Assembly (NCBI GenBank): GCA_018056685.1
Contig: JAGPFC010000001.1
Location: 239,924 to 303,923, forward strand
DNA length: 64,000 bases
From: Smithella sp.
GTDB lineage: Bacteria > Desulfobacterota > Syntrophia > Syntrophales > Smithellaceae
Direction of reading: 5' to 3'
Below the pieces are notes generated by a model. It worked only from the letters and a program-made list of their open reading frames with translations. It ran no database searches and was not told the origin of the DNA. This document shows positions 8,663 through 16,546 of the stretch, piece after piece; within the stretch, counting starts at the first letter, position 1; every line of letters begins with the position of its first letter. A program made the position numbers and the translations under genes.

Positions 8663-9730
8663 ATGTCTGAAGATATTTTTCGCCAATTACAGCAAAGACT
8701 CGATTTGTATTCCCTGGGATTTCCCGCGACAGAAACGGGAATTGAAATCAAGATATTAAAAAAGCTGTTCAATCAAAAGGACGCGGAGATGTTCCTCAAC
8801 ATGTCGCCTATGCTGGAAGCTCCGGAATCCATTGCGCAGCGGTTGGGAAGACCGGTTGAAGAACTGGCCGGACAGCTTGAAGACATGGCGAAGCGCGGCC
8901 TTCTTTTCAGGCTCAGAAAAGGGGACTCGGTCAAGTACGGGGCAATTCCCTTCATGCATGGTCTGATCGAGTTTCAAGTCAAGCGCTTTGATCTTGAAAT
9001 GGGAAATCTGCTGAAACAGTATTTAGACCAGCAATTGCATCAGGCCATAGCGGCGGTTGACGGTCTTTTCCTCCGCACCGTTCCTATCGAGAAGTCCATT
9101 GTTCCTGAACACCACGTGGCGGCCTTCGATGACACGGTCGCGATGATCAGGAAAAATGAGACGATCGCCGTCGCCGAATGCCTCTGCAGGAAGGGAAATA
9201 AAATCATGGGCAACGGTTGCGATAAACCCATCGAAGCCTGTTTTATGTTCGGGTCCATGGCGCGGTTTTATATCGAAAACGACATGGGAAGAAAGGTCGA
9301 TGTTGAAGAAGCTGTCAGCCTATTGCAAAGCGCGCAAGACGCGGGACTTGTGACTCAGCTGGCCACATCCCAGAATCCCGGAGGGCTCTGCAACTGCTGT
9401 GGCGATTGCTGTGCTGTTCTCGGAGCGGTGAAAAAATATCCCAAACCGGCAGAACACGTTTTTTCCAATTACCAATCCGCAATAAACAGTGCAAGCTGCA
9501 CGGGCTGTGAAATATGCATTGACCGGTGCCAGATGGAAGCGATTGTCATGAATCAGGACGGTGTCGCCCAGGTTGACCTTGACCGGTGCATCGGCTGTGG
9601 GCTGTGTGTCACCACATGTCCAACGGAGGCAATCGGCCTTGTTCTAAAGCCTGATGCCGGCAAGCGGATACCCCCGGCAACAAGTGGCGAACAAATGATG
9701 CAGATTGCGAAAAACAGGGGGGTTATTTAA
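8663..9730 (+). CDS. 4Fe-4S ferredoxin-domain protein with an N-terminal winged-helix-like region
   Basis: C-terminal CTGCEICIDRC and CIGCGLCVTTCP, plus extra Cys clusters (CLCRKG, CNCCGDCC). AAAAGGAG lies 9 nt before the ATG at 8663; the ORF track starts at 8642. Confidence 0.6.
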   Translation: MSEDIFRQLQQRLDLYSLGFPATETGIEIKILKKLFNQKDAEMFLNMSPMLEAPESIAQRLGRPVEELAGQLEDMAKRGLLFRLRKGDSVKYGAIPFMHGLIEFQVKRFDLEMGNLLKQYLDQQLHQAIAAVDGLFLRTVPIEKSIVPEHHVAAFDDTVAMIRKNETIAVAECLCRKGNKIMGNGCDKPIEACFMFGSMARFYIENDMGRKVDVEEAVSLLQSAQDAGLVTQLATSQNPGGLCNCCGDCCAVLGAVKKYPKPAEHVFSNYQSAINSASCTGCEICIDRCQMEAIVMNQDGVAQVDLDRCIGCGLCVTTCPTEAIGLVLKPDAGKRIPPATSGEQMMQIAKNRGVI

Positions 9731-9772
9731 TCTGCGAATTTTCAATACGGAAATCCAAAATCCGGGGAAATG

Positions 9773-9827
9773 GGGGGACAGTATACTTAATGATCTTGGA
9801 GAATGTCATTGTCCTACGTCGTTCCTG
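9773..9827 (+). repeat. family C repeat, copy 2
   Basis: gggggacagtatacttaatgatcttggagaatgtcattgtcctacgtcg.. Confidence 0.7.
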
Positions 9828-9903
9828 CCAAACAAGTTGGCGGGACAGTCCGTCCAACAAATTTCAGTGCGCTTCGCTTTTAAAATTTGAGTCTCACAAA
9901 GAT

Positions 9904-9936
9904 AAAAGCTATGCCTCTGCAAAGAGGCATAGCTTT
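9904..9936. terminator. bidirectional intrinsic terminator hairpin
   Basis: aaaagctatgcctct-gcaa-agaggcatagctttt (11-bp stem flanked by A/T runs). Confidence 0.7.
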
Positions 9937-9964
9937 TATCTTGTTTTGATTAAATTTTGAACGG

Positions 9965-10085
9965 TTATGCGGCTTCCAGTTTCACCGCGCAAACCTTGTA
10001 TTCCGGAATTTTTCCGATCGGGTCCAAAGCCGGATTGGTCAGCAGGTTCACGGAGGCATCCGAGTTGGACAATGGCAGGAAAGGA
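9965..10085 (-). pseudogene. 3'-terminal remnant of a molybdopterin formate dehydrogenase alpha gene
   Basis: 9964-10048 matches the fdhA 3' end (11004-11088) at 84/85 positions and encodes ..SVNLLTNPALDPIGKIPEYKVCAVKLEAA*. Homology decays upstream, and the higB promoter region starts about 10090. Confidence 0.7.
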
Positions 10086-10145
10086 CATCATTAGAATCAA
10101 AACTTTGCCCTTGACAAATGTCACGAGTCACGTTACACAATACAT

Positions 10146-10427
10146 ATGATAAAAACATTTGCCGACAAACATACGCGTGACTTGTTTATTACCGGTAAAT
10201 CAAAGAAGTTTCGGCCTGATATTCTTAAAAGAGCTATCAGGCGTCTTGAATATATAGATTTGGCAACGTGCATTGAAGATTTAAAAGTGCCACCGAGCAA
10301 TCATCTGCACATGCTGAAGGACAACAGAGAAGGTCAATATGCAATATCCGTGAATGACCAGTGGAGAATATGTTTCCGGTTTGTTAACAGTGATGCATAC
10401 GATGTTGAAATAACCGATTATCATTAA
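10146..10427 (+). CDS. higB: HigB-family toxin (plasmid maintenance system killer protein)
   Basis: MIKTFADKHTRDLF...NDQWRICFRF..DAYDVEITDYH is the typical HigB/killer-protein pattern. The toxin gene comes first, 13 bp before the antitoxin. Confidence 0.85.
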   Translation: MIKTFADKHTRDLFITGKSKKFRPDILKRAIRRLEYIDLATCIEDLKVPPSNHLHMLKDNREGQYAISVNDQWRICFRFVNSDAYDVEITDYH

Positions 10428-10440
10428 AAGAGGTAAGAAT

Positions 10441-10755
10441 ATGAGCATAAAATATGATGGGAAAAGAAAAGTAAAGCCGACACATCCGGGTGAAATTCTT
10501 AAGGAAGATTTTATGCCTGATTATAATCTCAATGTTGCCAGCCTGGCAAAAGCGCTGGGTGTTTCGCGTCAAACAATTAATGAATTGTTAAGGGAAAGCC
10601 GCGCACTGACACCGATTATGGCGTTACGTCTTAGCCGCTTGTTCGGTAATACTGCGGAATTTTGGTTAAACGCACAGCGGGCTTATGATCTCTGGGAGGC
10701 GCAGCAGGCGCATCAAGCTGAAATAAAGAAAATCCATCCTCTGAAAGCGGCTTAA
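10441..10755 (+). CDS. higA: HigA-family antitoxin (XRE HTH, VapI-like)
   Basis: HPGEILKEDFM...LAKALGVSRQTINELL...MALRLSRLFGNTAEFWLNAQ..YDL. Confidence 0.85.
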   Translation: MSIKYDGKRKVKPTHPGEILKEDFMPDYNLNVASLAKALGVSRQTINELLRESRALTPIMALRLSRLFGNTAEFWLNAQRAYDLWEAQQAHQAEIKKIHPLKAA

Positions 10756-10863
10756 TTGTGGGGCACATTCCCTGACCGCGCCGCATATGGATTGTTTCCA
10801 ATTCTAATTTATTGAAATGAAAATAAATGGAAGCATTCGAGCAATCAGCATGATTGCTCCAGC

Positions 10864-10935
10864 AATGAAAGATTTCTCGCTTCGCTTCGAAATGACAAGA
10901 AAAAAATTATAGCATAGACTCTGCGCGGAAATGAC
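10864..10935 (+). repeat. family B repeat, copy 2
   Basis: See 7101-7172. Confidence 0.85.
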
Positions 10936-10950
10936 AGTAGTGGGACAAAA

Positions 10951-10980
10951 AGAAATGCCCCTGAAAAGGGGCATTTCTTT
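10951..10980. terminator. bidirectional intrinsic terminator between higA and fdhA
   Basis: agaaatgcccct-gaaa-aggggcatttct with flanking A/T runs. Confidence 0.7.
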
Positions 10981-11004
10981 TTGTTTTAATTAATTGTTTA
11001 GAAG

Positions 11005-13713
11005 TTATGCGGCTTCGAGTTTCACCGCGCAAACCTTGTATTCCGGAATTTTTCCGATCGGGTCCAAAGCCGGATTGGTCAGCAGGTTAACAGACGCTTC
11101 CGCAAAATGGAAGTTCATGAAGATTGAGCCGGGAGCGCTCTTCCTGGTAATGCTTGCCTTGGCTTCCACTGTTCCGCGTCTGGAGGTCACCTTGACTTTC
11201 TGCCCATCGGCGATTTTCAGTTTATCGGCATCGACCGGATTGATTTCCACCAGGCTTTCCGGATAGCGTTCCGACAAGCCTTTGGCGCGTGTTGTCATGG
11301 TGCCGGTGTGGTAGTGATACAGCACGCGTCCGGTGGAGAGCAGGAACGGATAGTCTTTATCCGGAAGTTCGTCGGGTGGAATGTATTCCAGCGCGGTAAA
11401 CAATCCCAGACCGCGGGAGAATTTATCCTTGTGCAGGAACTTGGTTCCCTGATGTTCCGGTGTGGGACACGGCCACTGAATGCCGCCTTTTTCCAGACGA
11501 TCATACGTGATGCCCGCATAGCTGGGCGTGACTTTTCTGACTTCTTCAAAAATATCCTTGGCGGATGAGTACTTCATCTCGTAACCCATCTTGCTGGCAA
11601 TGCTGCAGATGACGTCCCAGTCGGTTTTCGCTTCGCCCGGAGCGTCAATCGCTTTGCGAACGCGCTGAACACGGCGTTCGGTGTTGGTGAAAGTTCCTTC
11701 TTTTTCGGCAAAAGCGGCTACCGGTAAAACGACATCGGCCAGTTGAGCGGTTTCGGTCAGGAACAGATCCTGAGTGATCAGCAGATCAAGTTTTTTGAGC
11801 TCTTTTTTCACGTGCTGCAAATCCGGATCGGAAAGCAGCGGATTTTCGCCCATGATGTAAATTGCTTTAATGTCGCCTTTGCCTGCCGCCATCATCATTT
11901 CCATGAGCGTCAGTCCCGGTTTGGGAGAAAGCTGCGCGTTCCAGGCCGTTTCAAATTTCTTGCGGACGTCCTCGTTGGCGACCTGCTGATACGCGGGATA
12001 GACATTGGGCAGACCGCCCATGTCGCAGGCGCCCTGAACGTTGTTCTGACCGCGCAGCGGATTGACGCCGCCGCCTTCGATGCCGACATTGCCGCAAAGC
12101 ATGGACAGGTTGGCCGTGCTCTTGACATTGTCCGTACCGGTAATGTGCTGGGTGATACCCATCGCGTAAATGATGCTGGCGCTTTTCGCTCCGGCATACA
12201 TGCGCGCGGCTTTCTTCAAATCTTCCGCAGGAATGCCGGAAATTTTTTCGACCTTTTCCGGCGTGTATTTTTCGACAACCTTTTTGAGCGCGTCGAAGCC
12301 TTCGGTTCTGTCTTTCACATAGTCTTTGGCGTAAAGCCCTTCATTAATAATCACATTCATCAGACCGTTGAACACAGCGACATCGGTTCCGGGTTTCTGG
12401 CGCAGCCAGATGTCGGCGTATTTGACCAGATCGATTTCCCGCGGATCGATGACGATCAGTTTCGTGCCGCGTTTGGTCGCGCGTTTAACTTTCACGCCGA
12501 TCACGGGATGGTTTTCCGTGGTGTTGGTTCCTGTGGCGAGAATCAGATCGGTGTATTCCAGTTCGTCAATCGAATTGGTCATTGCACCGCTGCCGAATGT
12601 GGCGGCCAGACCGGCCACCGTGACAGAGTGTCAGAGACGGGCGCAGTGATCGACATTGTTGGTTCCGATCACCGCCCGCATGAATTTCTGGAACAGGTAA
12701 TTTTCTTCATTGGTGCAGCGGGCCGACGCCAGACCGGCGATGCTGTCCGCGCCGTATTTTTTCTTAATCGCGGAAAGTTTGTCTGCAATAAACGTGAAGG
12801 CTTCCTCCCAGGTCGCTTCTTTGAGATCTTCATTCTTTTTATAGCGGATGAGCGGTTTTTTCAGGCGGTCGGGATGAGCAAGAAAATCCATGCCGAAGCG
12901 CCCCTTGACGCACAGGCTGCCGTCATTGGGCTGGCCGTATTCGCGGTTGCCCATAACCTTGACGATTTTGTTATCCTTCACATACAGATCCATCTGACAC
13001 CCGACGCCGCAATAGGTGCAGGTGGTTTTGACTTTCTGTAACTCCCAGGGACGGCCGGCGAATTTGGCCTGTTTGAAGGTAATGGCGCCGGTGGGACACA
13101 CCTGGGCGCATTCGCCGCAGAAAACGCAGGCGGAATTAATGTAATCGTCATCGAATGCGGGACCGACTTTTGCTCTGTAACTGCGTTTGGCAAAATCCAG
13201 AACTTCGTTCACCTGGATTTCGTTGCAGGCGCGAACGCAGCGGCCGCAGAGGATGCACTTGTTCAGATCACGCATAATCATTTTGTTGCTGTTATCCAGC
13301 GCGTAACCGGGAGTTTTGATTTCAAAACGGGGCTGGTCGATCTTCAACCAGTAAACAAGATTCTGCAATTCGCACTGTCCGTTCTGTTCGCATCTGAGGC
13401 AGTTATGATCGCCCGACGACCACAACAATTCGATAATCATTTTCTGCGCTTTACGCACGGGTTCGCTATTCGTGCGAATAACCATATTCGGACTGACCGG
13501 CATGCAGCAGGCGGCCACAAGCGAGCGGGCGCCTTCCTGCTCCACAACACAAACACGGCAGGCGCCGACATTGGTTGTTTTGGCATAATGGCAAAGGGTC
13601 GGAATAAAAATTCCGTTATCACGGGCGCACTCCAGAATCGTCTGACCGGCAGTCGCCTCAACGTCCTTTCCGTCTATTTTTAAGGGTACTTTCTTGTCCA
13701 TCTCTTTCTCCAA
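11005..13713 (-). CDS. fdhA: formate dehydrogenase alpha subunit, cytoplasmic NuoG-fused type, selenocysteine-containing (in-frame TGA at 12631-12633)
   Basis: The two track ORFs (12631-13713 and 11005-12618) join through one TGA, giving ..[29 protein letters not shown]. The N-terminus has a 2Fe-2S domain (CRVCVVE) and 4Fe-4S motifs. The C-terminus is a molybdopterin dinucleotide-binding domain. Confidence 0.85.
12599..12633 (-). promoter_or_regulatory. UGA(Sec) codon plus putative SECIS hairpin
   Basis: The mRNA reads UGA-CACUCUGUCACCGU-GGCC-GGUCU-GGCC. The stem and GGUCU apical loop are in the same register as I recall for the E. coli fdhF SECIS (UGCA-GGUC-UGCA). Confidence 0.55.
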
Positions 13714-13936
13714 TCAATAAATTGTGAATTTTCTTACTTGGCAATTCATAAGAATTATATTTTTTGACGGTTTTTTATAGAAGCAACGAATATACTTGTC
13801 AATTCTGTCAATTATGACTTATGCCATTTGCCACATAAGATAAAACAGACAAAACCATAAACATTCCATCAATTTAACGAAATGTTAATGGTTTATCCTG
13901 ACTTAAATAATTTGGGATAATAGATGCGTGATTGAA

Positions 13937-14818
13937 CTAACGAAGAACATTCCAGAGACTGGCAGTCATCGGTTCATAGCCTTTTCCCTGCATGATAATG
14001 TCCATATGAATCAGACTGATTGCGGAAACATCCATGTCTCGCGCAAAAACTTTACCGGCGCGATAGAGGGTAACCAGGTATTTTTTACACTTATCGCAGA
14101 CAAAAGCCGCTTCCTGTTTCTTGTTTTCCACATAAAAATATTCCATGTCCTTACGTTCCTCTTTTTCGCAGTAAGGACAACTTACGCGTGTGAAGCGCCA
14201 GTAATGACCGCAGGATGAACAATGAAGAAATCGCTTGCCGCCCTCTTCTTCAATGAGCGCGATGGACGGAAACTCTCCGCAAATCGGGCAGTAACCTTTG
14301 TCCCAGTCGAACGAACCGAGCGCGGCGGTGATTTCGTTGGCTCTTTGTTCCAGAATAACCCGACTGACGAGTCTCATCAGGAAAGAGGCATTGGAGGGAG
14401 AAACCTGGAGATCTTTCGCCCACGTATCGTCTGCCTTGCTTTTGCCGTCCGGAGACGCATTAAAAAAATCCGCCGGATTGATTTTCCCTTCCCGAATCAG
14501 GACTGTGATCTTGTCGATATTCCCGGCAATCTGCGGCATGCCTTCTTTGACGGCCTCCGCCATCGATAAAGCGATCTCGGCTAATGGATCATCCGGAAAA
14601 ATCAAATCCATCTGGCGGCTGACCGGAACGCCGGCCTTGAGTTTTTGTTTATCGATCAACGAACAATCCAGTTTCGGCAAAGAGGATTGTGCCGCCAGCT
14701 CTCTCTGTTTGACGATAATCGGAGCAAAGGCTTTGATAATGTCAGCGTTCTCAGGATTTTTGTCAAGAGCGCGGTCAATGATATTTTTGATTTCAGATGA
14801 TTCGTTGGCGGTTGTCAT
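13937..14818 (-). CDS. fdhE: formate dehydrogenase accessory protein FdhE
   Basis: Four CxxC pairs: CPICG, CSSCG, CPYC, CDKCKKY. Positioned between the two FDH loci. Confidence 0.8.
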   Translation of the reverse strand: MTTANESSEIKNIIDRALDKNPENADIIKAFAPIIVKQRELAAQSSLPKLDCSLIDKQKLKAGVPVSRQMDLIFPDDPLAEIALSMAEAVKEGMPQIAGNIDKITVLIREGKINPADFFNASPDGKSKADDTWAKDLQVSPSNASFLMRLVSRVILEQRANEITAALGSFDWDKGYCPICGEFPSIALIEEEGGKRFLHCSSCGHYWRFTRVSCPYCEKEERKDMEYFYVENKKQEAAFVCDKCKKYLVTLYRAGKVFARDMDVSAISLIHMDIIMQGKGYEPMTASLWNVLR

Positions 14819-14859
14819 GTTTTTAATTCCTTATTGTGTAGCGTTTTTATTTACACTAT

Positions 14860-14961
14860 GTCATTTCGAAGAAGCAAAGCGACTGAGAAATCTTAAAAAT
14901 CGTTTAAAAGATTTCTCCCCAGTTTAGCTGGAGTATAACCTGCGTGCGGTCGAAATGACAG
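14860..14961. repeat. degenerate inverted pair of family B-like units
   Basis: gtcatttcgaagaagcaaagcgactgagaaatct (14860-14893) and aaagatttctcc...cggtcgaaatgacag (14908-14961) share the AGATTTCTC...CGAAATGACA frame. Confidence 0.5.
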
Positions 14962-14998
14962 AACGCTGATTTAATCAAGTACACACTGCTTAACAAAA

Positions 14999-15030
14999 GT
15001 GGCGCACACCTTTCCGGTAGTGCGCCACTT
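14999..15030 (-). terminator. intrinsic terminator of the fdnGHI operon
   Basis: agtggcgcac/gtgcgccact form a perfect 10-bp stem. On the minus strand it is followed by ttttgtt. Confidence 0.75.
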
Positions 15031-15075
15031 GAATACATCAGCAAGATACAAACATCAATGATTTATTTAATCGAC

Positions 15076-15729
15076 TTACTTTTCGTCTTCGACAACAATG
15101 AGTTTGCCTTCATGTTCCATCTCTTTGACCCACTTCGGATGAAGCATTCTTAATACCGGCAGTTCCATCTTCCCGCTGATCATCGCTGATACAGAACCGG
15201 GATTCCCGACGGTGCCCAGGTACAGGTGAACAAAGAAGAAGGCAAAGATGACCACAAAACCCAATACATGCAGCACATAGACCCAGTCCATTAAAGCCGC
15301 CCCGAAAGGAAACTTCTCCGGATACCACATGAAAAAGCCGGTGCAGATCATCAGCAATCCGAACAACGCCACGGTCAGGAAAAATGCCTTCTGCCCGGGA
15401 TTGTATTTGCCGGTCTCCGGAACATGATCCAGGTGCCACAAATATCCGCCTGCGGCCTTGATCCATTCCCAATCCTCAGGAAAGACGAATAACCCGGCTT
15501 CTTTCCACCACATCGCTATCGCCAGTACCAATGATATGGCAAACACGACGGCCATAATGTCATGGACGGTGGCCAATCCTTTCAAGCCACCGAAGATAAC
15601 GCCTAAAAAGTTCAACTCTTTGTACATCATCCCCAGTCCGGTGTAGCATAAAAGCAGGCAGGAGATGGCCATCATCCAGTGGACAAATCTTTCATATCCC
15701 GATGTCACAATTACCATTTTTTTACTCAT
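15076..15729 (-). CDS. fdnI: formate dehydrogenase gamma subunit (cytochrome b, FdnI-like)
   Basis: Four TM helices with His residues (FVHWMMA.., HVLGFVV..FFFVHLY). The start MSKKM has a GGGAGGTG RBS and abuts the fdnH stop; the upstream track extension was discarded. Confidence 0.75.
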   Translation of the reverse strand: MSKKMVIVTSGYERFVHWMMAISCLLLCYTGLGMMYKELNFLGVIFGGLKGLATVHDIMAVVFAISLVLAIAMWWKEAGLFVFPEDWEWIKAAGGYLWHLDHVPETGKYNPGQKAFFLTVALFGLLMICTGFFMWYPEKFPFGAALMDWVYVLHVLGFVVIFAFFFVHLYLGTVGNPGSVSAMISGKMELPVLRMLHPKWVKEMEHEGKLIVVEDEK

Positions 15730-15730
15730 G

Positions 15731-16534
15731 TTATGCACCTCCCTGCTTCTTGTCTTGATCATAGTGTTCCGGATGAGGTCTGTGCGGACCATGGATAAAA
15801 TAATGCAGCAATGAACCGCCAATCACGCCGCCCGCAGCCAGCAGACTCAGAGGCTTGAGAACATCTTTCCAGATAAACGTGGAAGCGGGCACTTTCGGAT
15901 CCTGAGATAATTCGTCATAGACTTCCGGATTGAATTGCAGAACGTAAATCACGTGCGTGCCGCCCACAAACTTGTCGCCGTAAACGTTGGCGTCGCCGCC
16001 CAGTTTTTCGACCTTCGCATAAGCTTTCTTGATCATCTCGTCTTTCGGGCCGATGGTGAGAGCGCCGGTCGGACAGGATTTCACACAGGCCGGTGGAAGA
16101 TTTTCCTGAATGCGCGAATAACACAAATCGCATTTATAAACTTTTTCGGTGTCCTTGTCATAACGCGGAATATCAAACGGACAGGCCGCGATGCATTCCT
16201 TGCAGCCGATGCATTTGTCGCGATGAACGCCTACTGTTTTGATGTCTGTATAATACAGAGCGCCGCTGGGACAAACTTTCACGCAGGAAGCGTCGGTGCA
16301 GTGCATGCAGCCGTCTTTGCGGAAGATCCATGTAAAGTTTTTGTCTTTATCTTCATATTCCTGAAAGCGGATCAGCGTCCAGGTATTCCACTGTAAATCC
16401 GGAGGATTCTGGTACGTGCCGGTTTGTTTTGTCCTGAAACCCGGCAGAACATTCCACTGCTTGCAGGCAACCTGACAACCGCGGCAGGCGGTGCACAGGG
16501 TTGTATCGATTAATTTTACAAGTTCGGTTCCCAT
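15731..16534 (-). CDS. fdnH: formate dehydrogenase beta subunit (4x[4Fe-4S], C-terminal TM anchor)
   Basis: CTACRGCQVAC, CMHCTDASCVKVCP, CIGCKECIAACP and CDLC...CVKSCP motifs, plus the C-terminal helix LSLLAAGGVIGGSLLHYFI. Confidence 0.85.
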   Translation of the reverse strand: MGTELVKLIDTTLCTACRGCQVACKQWNVLPGFRTKQTGTYQNPPDLQWNTWTLIRFQEYEDKDKNFTWIFRKDGCMHCTDASCVKVCPSGALYYTDIKTVGVHRDKCIGCKECIAACPFDIPRYDKDTEKVYKCDLCYSRIQENLPPACVKSCPTGALTIGPKDEMIKKAYAKVEKLGGDANVYGDKFVGGTHVIYVLQFNPEVYDELSQDPKVPASTFIWKDVLKPLSLLAAGGVIGGSLLHYFIHGPHRPHPEHYDQDKKQGGA

Positions 16535-16546
16535 AGTCTATCCTCC

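Noticed and set aside
12631-12633. Stop codons splitting fdhA (12631) and fdnG (19034) into two ORFs each, which could indicate pseudogenes.
   Set aside because: Both are TGA at the exact conserved Sec/Cys position (HCARL-U-HS and HQARV-U-HS), the frame continues, and hairpins follow. They are selenocysteine codons, not disruptions.
11743-13041. 432-aa ORF on the plus strand, the longest non-annotated ORF in the track.
   Set aside because: It lies entirely antisense to the well-supported fdhA gene. Its Arg/Gly/Ala/His-rich low-complexity translation is typical of a shadow frame in GC-rich coding DNA, and it has no RBS or motif.
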